From assembly GCF_024521635.1 (NCBI RefSeq), contig NW_026250424.1, positions 558,001 through 622,000 of the forward strand: a stretch of DNA of 64,000 nucleotides, in the 5' to 3' direction. A program made the translations under genes and the position numbers. Positions 27,773 through 42,061 of the stretch are shown piece by piece (the first letter of the stretch is position 1; each line of letters starts with the position of its first letter). The notes under the pieces are model-generated. The model made no database searches, was not told the origin of the DNA, and saw only the letters and a list, made by a program, of their open reading frames with translations. The DNA comes from Tricharina praecox (taxonomy: Eukaryota).

Positions 27773-29162
27773 ATGGCCCGCGTCTACGCTGATGTATAAC
27801 TCACCCTCACATACAACCCCGCTATCCCCCCGTCTCGGCTCTCTTGTGCCTTCAGTATAAACATTTCATTGGAGCTCGTTGCTGACCAATGCTTTCACAA
27901 ACAGGCGAATCAGCGTCAGCCCCGGTCTTACTGGGACTACGACTCCGTCAACATCCCGTGGGGAATTCTGGAGAACTACGAGGTCGTGCGAAAGATCGGT
28001 ACGTGCCGTGTTCTACCTTGAGGATACCGGATGCCTGCCTGCTCTCATCCGAAGTGTTTGCTCACGCGTGCAATAGGTCGCGGCAAGTACTCTGAGGTTT
28101 TCGAAGGAATCAACATCACGAACTACCAGAAGTGCGTCATCAAGGTCTTGAAGCCAGTTAAGAAGAAGAAGATAAAGAGGGAAATCAAGATCTTGCAGAA
28201 TCTTTCGGGAGGTCCGAACATCGTTGCGTTACTGGATGTTGTGAGGGACCCACAGGTGAATCTTTCTTTCCTTTTGCTGGGCAGAATGGGAATGTAGCGA
28301 CGCGATGACTGACTCGGCACTTGCGAGTGTAGAGCAAAACGCCTTCATTGGTGTTTGAGTACATCAACAACACTGATTTCCGCACCCTATACCCGAAATT
28401 CCAGGACTATGATGTTCGCTACTACATCTTCGAGTTGCTCAAGGCGTTGGACTACTGTCACAGCAAAGGAATCATGCACCGCGACGTCAAGCCTCATAAC
28501 GTTATGATCGATCATGAGAAGCGAAAGGTATGGAATGAACCTGGGAAAGCTGACGGGGTGCACATGTGCTGATGGTTGTTGTAGTTGCGGTTGATTGATT
28601 GGGGTCTGGCCGAGTTCTACCACGCTGGAACGGAGTACAACGTCCGTGTGGCTTCACGCTATTTCAAGGGCCCAGAGCTGCTGGTTGACTATCAGGAGTA
28701 CGATTACTCGCTGGACCTCTGGTCTCTAGGCGCTATGTTCGCTTCGATGATCTTCCGCAAGGAGCCGTTCTTCCATGGCAACTCCAACTCTGACCAGCTG
28801 GTCAAGATTGCCAAGGTGCTGGGAACTGAAGAGCTGTTCGACTACTTGGATAAGTATGATATCGAGCTGGACGCGCAGTACGACAACATTCTCGGACGCT
28901 TTCCGAAGAAGAGCTGGCACCAGTTTGTCAACAGCGAGAACCAGCGGTTCGTCAGCAGCGAGGCGCTCGATTTCTTGGACAAGCTGTTGCGTTACGATCA
29001 TCAGGTATGAGAATTACCCGTTTACCTTGCCAACGGATGCACATGCTTACACAGATTTGATAGGAACGTCTCACCGCAAAGGAGGCTATGGCGCACCCAT
29101 ACTTTGAGCCCGTCCGAAAAGCTGCGGCTATCGGCAGCGCTGCTTCGCCCGCGCACATGTGA
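27773..29162 (+). CDS. CKA1: Casein kinase II catalytic alpha subunit, 6 exons
   Basis: MARVYAD..., [55 protein letters not shown]. Confidence 0.97.
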
Positions 29163-30124
29163 ATGCATGGAAGTAATAATCTGGAAAATTCTATGGGTAG
29201 CGAAGGTCCTCTGCGTAGAAGGAGGCCTAGTCGACTTTAAATGGAATTTCGGAACTGTCTACTTGGAACATTAATTGTTGGGCACTCATTTGTCCATCAG
29301 TCTTTGTTTCACCCTCCCCTCGGTTCTCAATTCCCTCTTCTGGGAATTGTTCCCACGATGTCTTTTACTTTACGCTTATGTTTTTCTTTTACACCGTGTT
29401 GTGCGAAAGGTCCTTTGGCGTGAAGGCTTTTTTTTTCTCTTTCTTACTATGAGCATTCTGTTACTGTCCGACTTTGTCTCCCTTCCCCCTTGTGATTGCT
29501 TTGTTCTTTCCCTGTTTTTTTTTCTTCCTTTGTGCGTTTTACTTGTGGATGGGGCGGGGCGCCTTGGGTATAAGGGGATGCGGGATGTTGTTGTTGGGAA
29601 GGGCACGTGGAAAGTACCATAATGCTTATCTTGTATGGAGACTCTGATGAATGAATATATCTGCTAATCTGTATGTGAGTGAGGGCAGAGTCACTCAGGC
29701 GGGGCAAGTGAAAGTGAACGTGTGATGCTATGTAATTACGGAGCTCGTGGTTTCGCAGCCGTCTGACGGACTGTCGAAGTGCGGTGCTAGTAATCGCTGG
29801 TACCTGACGATCCCTAATCTAGACAACGGAGCTTGGAAGTGGTCCTCTGGAGTGACGAGTCTGGCCTGTGATATTGGTGGTTTCTGGTGGAGGTGAGGGC
29901 TTGGATTGGGTTTACTATAGGAACAGTATTGATCACATATTTCCACTCACATGTACTTGTAGAGAACTCCATTCCATTCTCCCCCACTCATTAAACAAGA
30001 TGGTCGCCATAGACAATAAATTGATATTATCTCTCTCTCTCATTAAACACGCCCAAAAACTCCATATGAAGTACTGTAGCCCAACGTCCATATTCCCAAC
30101 CCATATCCCCAAGTATGATACCTA

Positions 30125-32348
30125 CTAGTCAAGCGCCACATCCTCCACTCTGACCAGCCCGCAACTCATCGCGGCCGCCGCCCATCCGCCATAGCGCAGA
30201 TTCGGATTCCAGCAGACCGCCTCTACACAGACCTGCTGGGGGAAAACCGTCGTAAGCAATTGCTGCCCACCTTTAGTCTTCGCCTTCTCCTCGCACTCCT
30301 CTAGGGCGAAGCCCTCCGTAATCCTCATCAAGCCTCCGTGCGCCGGCGACCCCGCCCCTAGCGTCTCAGCAAACTCGACGCCGAACCACGTCTGCGTGTA
30401 ATTCCTGATCTTGCCGTGGAACACTCTTCTTGCGGGGTTGGAGAAGACGGCTTCGCCCTCTGTGCCGCCGGAGAGGATCGAGGTGTGTAGAAGTGAGCTG
30501 GCGAGCGACCGCACTACGCCGTTGTGCTTGCACGTTGTCGTGCTCGAGAAGTAGCGGCGTGCCGGGAAGAATTTCACCCATGTACCTTCCTCCACCGACA
30601 CACCGGATTGGATCGCGTCCACGTATGCGATGCAGGCGGGCGCTATCCGGCTGCGGTTGTTGGGGACGCTGTCTGGGTCCGTACAGCTTAGGGACGTGAT
30701 CCGGCTGCACCCGTCCATGCTGCTGGTAACTATGTGGTGCGGGAAGCTGGGGAAGCACGTGGTCAGGCCGGTTATGTAGGTTTGGTGGACGGAGATGGTG
30801 TGATAGGGCACTGGGTTGGGGTGGCTAGGTATTAGGGACCAGCAGCCGACCATACCGTTCGCGCTGCCGGCGACGAGGGCCGTGGGGGATATCCAGCTGA
30901 CCGTCGTGAGGATTTCGTCGGGCAGGATGCAAGTGTAGAGGGGGGTGGTGAAGTGCACGGCTTGACGTCAGTTGAGCCCGCCAGGAGGCATGTGGGAAGG
31001 AAACATACAGAAATCACAACTCTCAGCATCGTAGCTATCCGGCAAGGCGATTTTCAGCACACGGACGGTACCGTCGCCAAAGACTGCAGCGAGATATCCA
31101 AGAACCTTCGGATCCTCGAACCTCATACGAGCAGGACACCACTTCATAGTCCTCGCGGGGCCCCATTCATGGCAGAGCATCATGACAACCGAAGGTTCAA
31201 CAACTGGCGAAGGTGTTCCTTCTTCAGGGACGGGGAACCGCCATATCTGTATCGTCGACTTGGACGGCCGGCTGGAAAATGCAGGGGGATCCTCTGATGT
31301 ATCGGGGTTATTTTCCTTCGCGATGTCCGGCAGGTTCATGAGTGAGACGGCGAGGAACTGGTCACCTTCACGCATATATCAGTCAGCCCAGATTTCTCGC
31401 AGTCCGGATGACCAGCGGTAACATACCATCCGGCCGATTTGTAGCCCACTCCATACTCAATGGCTGCCCGCCAACATTAAATATATAGCCCTTCTTTTCG
31501 GGTGCATACTTCCTAAGCGGAAACACTCCAAACCTCTTGAACACCGCGCGCTGATACTTCCCGATCGGACCCACCACAGCCTTGAGCGGCTCTCCCTCCG
31601 GGCCCATGAACTCCATTGTCTCCTCTAGACCCAACGGCTCCATCCTCTGCCCACCATTCCCAGTGCCCAGCTCCACCGTCTCCCCCTCCTTCCAAAACGG
31701 ACTAGGATGCAAACCCGCCCTCTCAGGCACGGCCGGGGTGGCGATATACATCTCCTTAACGCACATAGCCATCTCGACACCCTGTGGCTCATCACCATAG
31801 ACCTGTGTAATCCGCTCCATCTTCCCAGTGGCCTTCTGAAACCCGGGTCTGTACGTGATCCTGACGGTAGGATCAGGAGCACGGATGACATTTGGCGCCG
31901 CACCCTCCGCCAGCAGCCTCGTCTTCCGCCGCCCACGACCCGTCAGTCCATTGGCGACCGTGCGCACATGTTTTTTGTGGACGACGGGCGCGGAGCCGGT
32001 CGGGCGCGGGCCGCCGGCGGGGGTCGAGGGCGCGGTGGTGCGCGAGGTCTTCGGCGTTCGTGTGCGCTTCTTACGGGCGCGGCCGCCGTCAGAGTCGTCG
32101 TAGGAGTCTTCTTCTTCCTCGTCGAGGGAGTCGTCGGAGCCGTCTTCGTCTTCGTAGCGGCCGCGGGGAGAGGAGGGCTCGGAATCGGAGTCTTCGGCGG
32201 GATCGTCGCCTCCGGCGCCGGCTTGGAAGTCTTCGTCGGAGGAGGAGTCGGGGGGCGCGGGAGGAGGCTCCCCGTCGCTGTCCAGGCCTTTGTAGGCGTC
32301 GGTGGTATAGCTTATCACCTTACGGGCGCGCGCGGATTTTCGGACCAT
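30125..32348 (-). CDS. TFC6: Transcription factor IIIC WD40 subunit Tfc6 (GTF3C2-like), 3 exons
   Basis: Acidic/basic N-terminus, GYIFNVGG...MEWA...QFLAVS, IQIWRF, WG....KWCP, C-terminal WNPN...GGWAAAAMSCGLVRVED. Confidence 0.85.
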
Positions 32349-33181
32349 TGTGGGATTTTGCGCGTGGGGAAGTGGGGGATGCTTGGTGGTGGGGTGGATG
32401 GATTGGAGAAGACGCGGTGGGCACGTGAAAATTGTAGGAACCCTTGGCCCTGCAGAATATAAAGGTAATCGGCAAGCGTCTGGTGTTCCTGCGGGATCGG
32501 GATTCGGAACGTCACTCGGAATAGGTACCAAGTACTCAGGGCGTAAGGGTAAGTGGTGCCCCACCTTGCGCTTATCATTCGTGATGGTGGTGAGGCACGA
32601 CTTACCGGCTGTTCTTGGTACTTACTCACTAGTCATTCAGCTTCGTAGTTTCACATAATGACCGTGACGATGTCGAAATCCGCTTCTTTTCTCTCGTTAG
32701 CCTCAAGAGAAGCCACCAACTAGCTAGCTAACGTACAGTTGACACTCTCTCCTCGCTCACGCCCAACTACTACCTGGCGTTCCCCCTTCTTCCGACGAAA
32801 GAAAAGAAATCAGATGGGAAAGTTGAGTGACCCAAACTGCGCCGAACCGTGTCCCAAAACAAAAACATGAAATGGAAATATGAAAAACAAACACCATGCC
32901 CCTTTTACGTATGTTGAACACCACCCAAATAACCCTCTTGTTGAAAAACGCCGATACCCAAGATCATAAAGATCAATCATGACTCCCTTACCTTGCAGTA
33001 ATATGAGGCATGCAGAAGTTGAAGTCTGCAGCTCAGATTTCGTAACACCCGTAAAAAGGCACCTCGTCGAGACGAAAACAAAGGAGACGTAAAGACCTAG
33101 CAAAAATACAAGAAAATGCAATGAACAAAAGAAAAAGATTTTGCAATCAAGTCCGCTCTACCGGTTCCCATAAGGATATAC

Positions 33182-34592
33182 CTAGAACTTGAGAGCCTTA
33201 GGCTTCTCCCAGCTGAAGTTCTGGTTGGTGAAGTGGCCGTTCTTCGCAGTCTGGAAGTAGATGGGCTTGGCAAGGTCGAGCTCCTTGACGATGACACCGG
33301 GGCGCATGTCGAAGTTGGCGCGGATGATGGCCACGAGCTCATCGCTGGACTTCTCGGAGGTACCGTACGAGTCGACCTGGAGATCAAATTAGAGTCTGAT
33401 TCCGGATCCTCGGCAAAATCGGGAAAACTTACAAAGAGCGACAGAGGCTCCGAGACACCAATGGCGTATGAGAGCTGGACTAAGCAACGGCGAGCGAGAC
33501 CGGCGGAGACGAGAGACTTAGCGATCCAGCGGGCGAGGTAGGCAGCAGAGCGGTCGACCTTGGAGAAGTCCTTTCCGGAGAAAGCACCACCTCCGTGGGC
33601 ACCCCATCCTCCGTATGTGTCGACGATGATCTTACGTCCGGTCAGACCGGCATCTCCCTGGGGTCCTCCGATGATGAAGAGACCAGAAGGTTGGATCTGT
33701 GTGGTTGTTAGGGAATACCGTTAAGGGAAATCCTTGCTGGGTGAAGGAACACATACGTGGTAGACGGTCTTCTCGTCAAGGTATTTGGCGGGGATGGACT
33801 TCTTGATGATCTTCTCGAGGATCTCCTTCCTCAGCTCTTCGGTGGTGATGTCTTCGGAGTGCTGGGCAGAGACGACAACGGTGTCGACGCGGCGAGGGAT
33901 AACCGCACCGTTGTCGTGCTCGTACTCAACGGTGACCTGGGTCTTGGTGTCGGGCCGGAGCCAGGGGAGGGATCCGTCGCGACGGGCAGTAGCCATCGCA
34001 GCATTGAGCTTGTGGGCGAGAGTAACGGTGAGGGGGAGGAGCTCAGGAGTCTCATCCGTAGCGTATCCGAACATGATACCCTGGTCACCGGCACCCAACT
34101 GCTCGAGAGCAGCGTCCAAGTTCAGGCCCTGAGCAATGTCGGGAGACTGCTGCTCAATGGCGACCAAGACATTGCAGGTCTTGTAGTCAAAGCCCTTGGC
34201 GGAGTCATCGTAACCGATGTCCTTGATGGCGCCACGAATGACCTTCTGGTAGTCGAGACGGGCCTGGGTGGTGATTTCACCGAAAACCATGACCATACCG
34301 GTCTTGGTGGCAGTCTCGCAAGCGACCTAGAATAAGGTTGGTAAGTTTTCAGAGTTCCGTCGGCAGGAACGGTGCATGAGCTAACCTTGGAGAGAGGGTC
34401 CTCCGCCAAGCAGGCGTCGAGAATGGCATCCGAAACCTGATCACTGCAAGGCGGAATTGAGTCAGTCCTGAGCGGGAGAACAATGGGCACGAAATCGCTG
34501 ATTGAGGATACATACGCGATCTTGTCGGGATGACCCTCTCCGACGGACTCGGAGGTGAAGAGGAAAGTTCCCTGGCTCTTGGAGGCAGTCAT
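33182..34592 (-). CDS. SAM2: S-adenosylmethionine synthetase (MAT), 5 exons
   Basis: [63 protein letters not shown], ends WEKPKALKF*. Confidence 0.98.
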
Positions 34593-35746
34593 GTTGTGTG
34601 TTTTGTTTGGATGTGTGTAGGGAAGAGTGGAAGAAGAGGACTGATAGATTTCTAAGAGACTGGAAGCAGGTGGGGTATCACTGGGGGAGGTGAAGAAGAG
34701 AGAAATCACAGGCAACGCGGGGGGAAGACAGAAGGTTTTAAAGAGGGAGGGGGGACAGGAAGAACTATTAGGGCGACGGTTGTTTGAGCGAACAAGGTGG
34801 GGGGAAGACGAGAGGTAGTGTGAAAGCCAGGGGGCGGGGGGTGGGGAGAGGTTCAGTTCACAGAAGGAAGGTTCCCGAGCACGACAGAGGGCTCGCACCG
34901 AGAAATTTTGTGGAGGTTGGACTGGACGGATGCAGGTGCGAGGTTTTTGGCTTAGTGGGGTCTCTTGGAAAAAAAAGAGCAAGGAACTTGTGAGGGACCT
35001 CTTCAGACTCGAACGGGCTAAACTCTAAGAGGGAAGGGACAAGGTACGAATGGTAGGAATACCCGCGATTGCACCATCTCTCCAGCAAAAGTCGCATCTG
35101 CATCACCGATTGGCCGACGAGACGTTGGTGGACCCTGTGGTGCCTATTGGTACGCTATGAACCTACCACTGGATATTGGCGGTTATATGTAGCCACGCCG
35201 TAGGAACCTTCCACTGGCTATTCGAGCCAATTGGTTCTCCGTAGGAATCCTCCGTTGGCTATCCGGAGAGCGTACGGTACAAACCTTGAGTACAGATGGC
35301 AGGAACGCAGTGCATATCGTCAGGTATGTACTGCCCTCCCAAAGGGACATCTCTACCCGTCCGGCAGAAGTATGATCAACGGATCCCGCATGGGCTCTGC
35401 GCTGCGCACGCGCAACTGCATTCCTAGATTTGACTCCCGGAGTAAGTAGAGTACATACTCTGCCGGCCGACGAGCCGTATTTTGAGTATATACCTTTACG
35501 GCACCAGGACCGCCCGGGGCCTTGTGTGTATCTACCGGTATGTACCTCTATCGGCATCCCAAGTGGACAGATCTTTGGTCCTCATGGATTGAATCCCTCT
35601 GCCCATCTGCCATGAGGCGTCTCAGCCATGGGCAAGATCCTGTGAACTTCATCCCCTCACCGTCGAGTCCCCCACCCAGGACAGACACGTACTCCACTGA
35701 GACATGAGGCGGGACCGTACGTGCCGGCTGGTATTTCTTGGTGCCA

Positions 35747-35842
35747 TCGGGACACTGGTATGAAGTCTCGTTGGTTTGCATCAGGACACCGGTATGAATG
35801 TCCGGTTGCGTTGAGTCGGGGCACTGGTATGGACGTCTCGTT
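35747..35842. repeat. Three degenerate ~26-bp direct repeats at ~35-bp period in SAM2-GPN3 intergenic region
   Basis: TCRGGRCACYGGTATGRA..GTC...GTT at 35747, 35781 and 35816. Confidence 0.75.
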
Positions 35843-36458
35843 ACTTTGACGCTTCAAAAAGCGTAGGTATTTACCGGGAATGTAAGATCTTCCTAGCTGT
35901 GAGGGTGTCAATCGAGAGCTATGATGGTGCACGAAGGCTATATATACCACAGTGCTTACCTCGCACTCACGGCTCACGGGCGGAATGAACCTACTGTGAC
36001 CGACCAAAGGATTCCATTCACGCAGTGACACGGTAATACCTACACGATGAGGTGGTTGGTCAAGATCAGTGAGAAGTTTGTGGTCCTCAATCGATATATA
36101 GCAATCGAGGAAGGCTCCCCTTCAACGGCAGCAGAGATACGGACGGACTGAGATATATACCGATAGCATGGCTGTCTTGAATAGCGCGAATCCATAACTA
36201 ACGCGCCGTGTGATCGAAAGGCATCACCGAAAACCCCCCACTTCACTAGCGCCAACTGATATCGATTGATCTGCGATAAGGCCGCCCGGTGTTAGCCCAA
36301 GTCCCAACAATCGCATTGTACCTACCCACTTCAACCGCTCAACCATTCAACGCCGCCAATCAGTTACGCCACCACCGAAAAAGTCTACGCCCGTCCACGG
36401 TCGCACCCGCCATACGCGTCGCAGCCCCACGCATTCCGCGCCGCCAAACAGAAACATC

Positions 36459-37620
36459 ATGTCTCGCTTTGGCGTGTTTGTCGTTGGCCCAGCTGGCTCC
36501 GGGAAGGTCAGGCGAAACCAATCCACCCCTCCACTGCCAGTCAACTGATGGCGCGGTGTGTGTGGGTGTGTTTAGTCGACATTTTGTTCAGCGTTGATCT
36601 CGCACCTGAAGAATGCAAAGCGATCATGTACGTGCCATGCCAACCTCGATGTGTGTGTGTGTATTTGGTTGTTGGTGGGGTTGCGCGTGCCCGCGGCGGA
36701 GAGTGGGACAGGCTGATGCCAGAATGAATCCATTGTCGTAAATTAGGCCTCTACGTCAACTTGGACCCGGCGGCGGAAGACTTTGATTTCGAGCCTGACG
36801 TCGACATCAAGAACCTCATCAGTCTCGACGATGCGATGGAGGAGATGCAGCTTGGACCCAACGGGGCTATGATGGCTTGCTTCGAGTAAGCCCCCCCAGC
36901 GCCACCGCCTATCTCCACATACGGTCCGGATGCTGAACATGTGGGGGAGTGATCAGGTTCCTGATGGAAAACCTCGACTGGCTCGAAGCGGAGCTCGACG
37001 GCACCACCGAAGAGTTCATAACCATCTTCGACTGCCCGGGTCAAATCGAGTTGTACTCGCACGTTCCGATCCTGCCGAACCTGACGAAGCACCTGTCGAT
37101 GCAGATGGGCTACTCGTTGTGTGCCGCGTACCTGATCGAGTCCACATTCGTTGTCGATAAGGCCAAGTTCTTTGCCGGAACACTGTCGGCGATGAGCGCC
37201 ATGATCATGCTGTCAATCCCCCATCTGAATATCCTCAGCAAGATGGACCTGGTCAAGCAGCAGGTCTCGAAACGCGAGCTCAAGAGGTTTTTGGATCCCG
37301 ATCCGACCATGATTGCAACCGATATACATGCGCAGACCAATCCTAAGTTTCATAAGCTCAACGAAGGTAGACATTAGCATCTGCGACGAGGAGTAGAAAG
37401 TAGGTGATGCTCAGTGCTGACAGATTGCGTGTGTGTGTGTGCAGCCGTCGTAAACCTCATCGAGGACTTTTCCATGGTGTCGTTTCTACAGCTCGAAGCT
37501 CAGAACGAGGATAGCGTGCAAGGAATCCTTAGCTATATCGATGACTGTCTGGGCTGGTCGGAGGTGCAGGAACCACAGCTGAAGGACAATCCGGATGCAG
37601 ACTGGCAAGAAGCGGAATAG
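36459..37620 (+). CDS. GPN3: GPN-loop GTPase 3, 5 exons
   Basis: [60 protein letters not shown]. Confidence 0.95.
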
Positions 37621-37885
37621 AATAATAAACAAAATACTAGACGACCAATAATCTGTAATCCGTACGTGAATCCATCATAAAACATGTGAAGATAAAGTCG
37701 AGGTCCGGGTGATATTCCATTGGTCAATCTGGCCCTCATCCCTCGCCCCACCCATCCCCGCCAATCACGTGTCCGCCTTAGTTAGCGCGACAGTCCAGGG
37801 TGGATTCCAGATAATTTTTCCCGCCGCAGTGTAAGTCGCACATCAATCCACCACCAATACCTCACCGCCTCATTCCACCGCCAAA

Positions 37886-40267
37886 ATGGGTCGCGTCAAG
37901 AAGTCCACCCGCAAGTTCGAGAGCAAGCACCTCACACGCACTCTCGACGACCGCAAATCGAAGAAGAAGGTGAAGCAAGCGTTCATCCTGCGCGAAAAGA
38001 AGAAGGCGAAGCGCTCCGCGAAAGAGGACGACGAGGATGAGGATGGAGAGGAGGGTGATGAGCCGAAGGCGAAGAAACAGAAGCCCGATGGTCCACAGAT
38101 CTTCGAGGATATGAGTGTGGAGCAGTTTTTTGCGGGAGGCTTTGAGGTCCCCGAGCCTGCTGCGCTAGCAACGAAAGGTGGAAAGAGGAAGCGCGAGGAG
38201 ACCAAGAAGAAGCCCGCGGTGCAAGAGGATGCGGATGTGGAGGGTGCTGCTGCCGACGGGGAGGATGAGGAGGAGGACGGCGACGAACTCGAGCAACACA
38301 AGGGCGACCTGAGTGCGTTGGCCGAGAACGATCCCGAATTTTACAAGTACTTGAAGGAGAACGATCCGGAATTGCTCGACTTTTCGATGGCGGAGAAGGA
38401 TGATCTGTCGGAGATTGACTCACTATCGGACGACGAGGAGGACGAGACTGTCGGCAAGAAGAAAAAGAAGGCCAAAAAGGCGAAGAAGGAGGACGAGAGT
38501 GACGAGGTTACGATGGCGCATGTCAAGAAGTGGAAGGAGGCGCTGGTGGACAAGAAGAGTCTGCGGAGTCTGCGGCAGGTGGTTCTGGCGTTTAGAGCTG
38601 CTGCTCATGTCAACGATTCTGAGGTCAATAATGCGGAGGGCGGGTTCAAATACACCATCACGAACCCCGACGGTAGGACACCCAGCGCTGTTGATCAAGG
38701 GGAAACGCTGGCTAACATTGGACCTCAGTATATCACGAACTGCTAATATTAGCGTTGAGCGACGTCCCGGCGGTGCTGCAGCACCATATCCCAATCAAAG
38801 AGTCGGCTTCGGGCAAGATCCGCGTGGCTACGGACACGAAGAAATACCGCACTCTCACGCCGCTCCTCAAATCGCACTCGCAGTCGCTGATGCACCTTCT
38901 CCCGCTCCTCACCGACGCTGGTACCCAGAAGCTTCTCCTCAATTCCACCCTCGAGCTCGTGCCATACTTCCTTTCGTTCCGCAAGTTCCTCAAGACCTTC
39001 CTCAAGACTATCATCGAGGTGTGGTCCACCAACAGCGTCGATGAAGCCACTCGGATCACCGCATTCCTGGTGGTACGAAAAGCCGCCGTTATCGGCGACG
39101 AGGGCATCAAGGAGACATGCATCAAAGCTCTATATGCCGGTCTCGTCAAGGCCAGCCGGCAAACATCAGTGCATACCATCCACGGTATCAACCTGATGAA
39201 GAACTCGGCGGCCGAAATCGTGGGCCTGCAGGGAATGGACAAGGTTGGCTACCAGGCTGGATTCGCATCCATCCGTCAGCTCGCGGTCCACCTGAGGAAC
39301 AGTATCACCAACAACTCCAAGGAATCGTACAAGACTGTCTACAACTGGCAGTACGTGCACTCGCTCGACTTCTGGTCGCGCGTGTTGGCTATGCACTGTG
39401 ATGGGTTGAAGGAGGCACAGGCTGGCAAGGAGTCACCTCTGCGACCACTCATTTACCCCCTCGTCCAAGTCACTCTTGGAGCTATCAGGTATGTTCTTCC
39501 TTTCCATCCTTCCATCCAACATAGCTAAAATGTAGGACAGACTGATCCCCACGGCCTCCTACTTTCCCCTGCGTTTCTTCCTGATCCGTTCTCTCCTCCG
39601 CCTCTCCCTCTCGACCGGGGCGTACATCCCTCTTGCGCCCCTAATTTTCGAGGTCCTCTCCTCCGGCGAAATCAAAAAGAAGCCCAAGCCTTCTACGCTC
39701 AAGCCCGTCGACTTCTCTGTCACCATCCGCGTGCCCAAATCGTACCTACGCACACGGATCTACCAAGACGGGATCGCGGAGCAGATCGTCGAGTTGTTCG
39801 CCGAGTTCTACGTGCTGTACAGCAAAAGCATTGCGTTCCCCGAGCTCTCGATCCCCACGATCGTGCTCGTCAAGCGCTTCGTCAAGAAGTCGCGCAACGC
39901 AAAGTTCAACTCCGCGCTGCACCTGCTGATCACAAAGCTCGAGGCGAACGCGAAGTTTATCCAGGAGAAGCGCCAGGCCGTCGATTTTGCGCCCGGACGC
40001 AGGGCCGGCGTTGACGCTTTCTTGAAGGAGACCGAGTGGGAAAATACCCCGCTGGGCGCCTATGTCGTCTCGCAGAGGAAGGTGCGGGAGGAGAGGAGGC
40101 GCCTGCTAGAGGAGGCCCTGAAGGAGGAGCAGGAGAAACGCCAGAAGGATAAGCTGGCGCAGCAGGAAGTGGATGAGGATAGTGATGATGTGTTTATGAG
40201 TGATGATGGTGAGGAGAGTGGGGACGACGATGATGAAATAGACGGCATGAGTGAGGACGATGAATAG
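37886..40267 (+). CDS. NOC2: Nucleolar complex protein Noc2, 3 exons
   Basis: KKSTRKFE, L.ENDPEFYKYLKENDPELLDF, YKTVYNWQYVHSLDFWS, LRPLIYPLVQV, SIAFPEL. Confidence 0.96.
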
Positions 40268-40515
40268 ACGTGTTCGGGATGGCTTAATATCAATCATGTC
40301 TTGTTCCTGTTCTTGGTGTATCATAGTTATAAAAGCAGGTTTTGGTTTTGGGATCACATTTCATCTCATCAGATTGAGTAGAACTCGTATGCTCGTATGC
40401 TCGTAAGTTGTCTTTGAAATTGCAACGCATGGCCGTGATATCGTCATGAAGTAAAGGCTATTATACAGTCTGTCTTCCCCGTAGTAGAAGGTGAGATTCA
40501 CAAGAACCACGGTTC

Positions 40516-41794
40516 CTAATCCTGCATCTTCTCGTCCTCTCCCTTCGTCTCGTTCTTGTCCTTCTTCAGCTCACCCACTCCATTGTCATTCTCCTTCTCC
40601 TTCTCACCACTGCCCTCCCTGACCTCCGCTGTGGTTGTAATGGTCGCGGTCACAGTCTCAGCCACAGCCGGCGGCGCATCGCCCATCTCCTCGTCCCGTC
40701 TCTCGAGCACAATCTCCTCCTCAGTCGCGGGGGCATCTGGGAAAACCGTACCCTCAGGCTGCGGACCGACATCCTCCGCGCCAATCTTGAGCACTTCCTT
40801 CCTCTCCTCCTCACCCATCTGTACCTGATTCGCAGGGATCACACCAGCCTCCTGCTCCATCCTGAGCAGTTCTCCCTGGGTGACGCCAACCCCCGGCGCA
40901 GGGCCCGGGCTGGGCGACAGCGCGTGTTCTTCCGCCTCGCCGCCACAGTCGTCGCGCATCAACCACGGGATCGGAGTCAGCAGCGCGCCTCCAAGAGATT
41001 CATCGCTGCCGAGTCCAAAGGTGCCGTTGACTCCGCCGGTAGCACCGCTGTTTCCGCCATTCTGGAGGACGGAGTTAGCGGGCTCCAGGGGGAAGGCGGT
41101 GGCTGTTGAGGAGACGGAGAGGACGCGCTGTAGAGCACGCAGGTACTTGGGGAGCGAGGTGTAGTGCTGGCGTGGCACGAGAAGAAGCTCCGCGAGGCGC
41201 TGGATCGTGTGCGGTGGGGCTGCCGCGAAGGTGGTCGTCAGGGTGTCGCGCAGCGAGGCGATCACAGCGAGGTCGGCGGAGTGCAGGCCCGAGGGGTGGG
41301 GCGGAGGCACGGGGGAGCGGGGAGGTGTCACAACCTCCGTTAAGGTGCTGGAGGAAGGGCCGAGAATTGGTGGTGGGGCGGGTTGCTGCTGCGCGCTGAG
41401 GGGTGTTAGTAGGGTTTGAAGGGAGGAAGGGGTCGCGTACACCGGCGGGGAGGAGGTGGGCTGCGTTGACGCTTGCGAAGATGGGTCGGGCTGCGTGCTG
41501 CTGCTCTCGAGGAGGGGAGTGGTCGCGGGGGAGATTTCGCCGGCGAGAAGCTCTGCGGCCGTGGGCTTTGGGAAGTTGTCGGTAGTGATCTGGAGATATG
41601 TCAGAGAACTAAGAGGTAGGTAAAAGTGAGAGGGATAGTACTGTGTCCAGGCGTGCGAGAAGGCACTTGAGGAGGTCTGGCCAGAGGTCTCTACGGTGGT
41701 GTTAGTGATTGTACGGTTGTGGGCCTGAAGGTACTGACAGATCGACCGCGCCACCTTTCGTGATGTCGGCGAGAACATCCTCATCTAACTTCAT
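40516..41794 (-). CDS. PPP4R2: Protein phosphatase 4 regulatory subunit R2 (Psy4-like), 3 exons
   Basis: Spliced N-terminus MKLDEDVLADITKGGAVDL-DLWPDLL; PPHTIQRLAELLL.P..HY..LPKYLRAL.RV.SVSS; GSDESLGGALLTPIPWL; GVTQGELLR. Confidence 0.85.
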
Positions 41795-42061
41795 GGTGGA
41801 AACGGAGAGGCGTTGGTCGTGGGTTGTGGTGGGTTTTGGCGGTGATTAGAGGTGGAATTGGTGCGGTTGAAGCTAGAGTTGAGGAACGTGGGATGTCGCG
41901 TTTAGGTGTTGTCGGCTTGTCGCAGACAGCAAGGATTATCAGTTCACACATGCTAATCTATCTTGGGGCATAAATTTATGCACCCACGAACTTTTGAGCT
42001 CTTCATTCTCTACGAGCTCTCTAGAACGATTAAAAGTAGCTACAGACAGATTCCCCTGCAC

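Noticed and set aside
27794..27904. Possible stwintron in CK2 intron 1 (GTATAA occurs twice, internal CAG)
   Set aside because: Removing the inner segment does not recreate a GT donor; a single intron with a weak donor suffices
32700..34600. METTL16-type UACAGARAA element or SAM-sensing splice site in SAM synthetase
   Set aside because: No such nonamer seen on the sense strand at acceptors or in the 3' UTR
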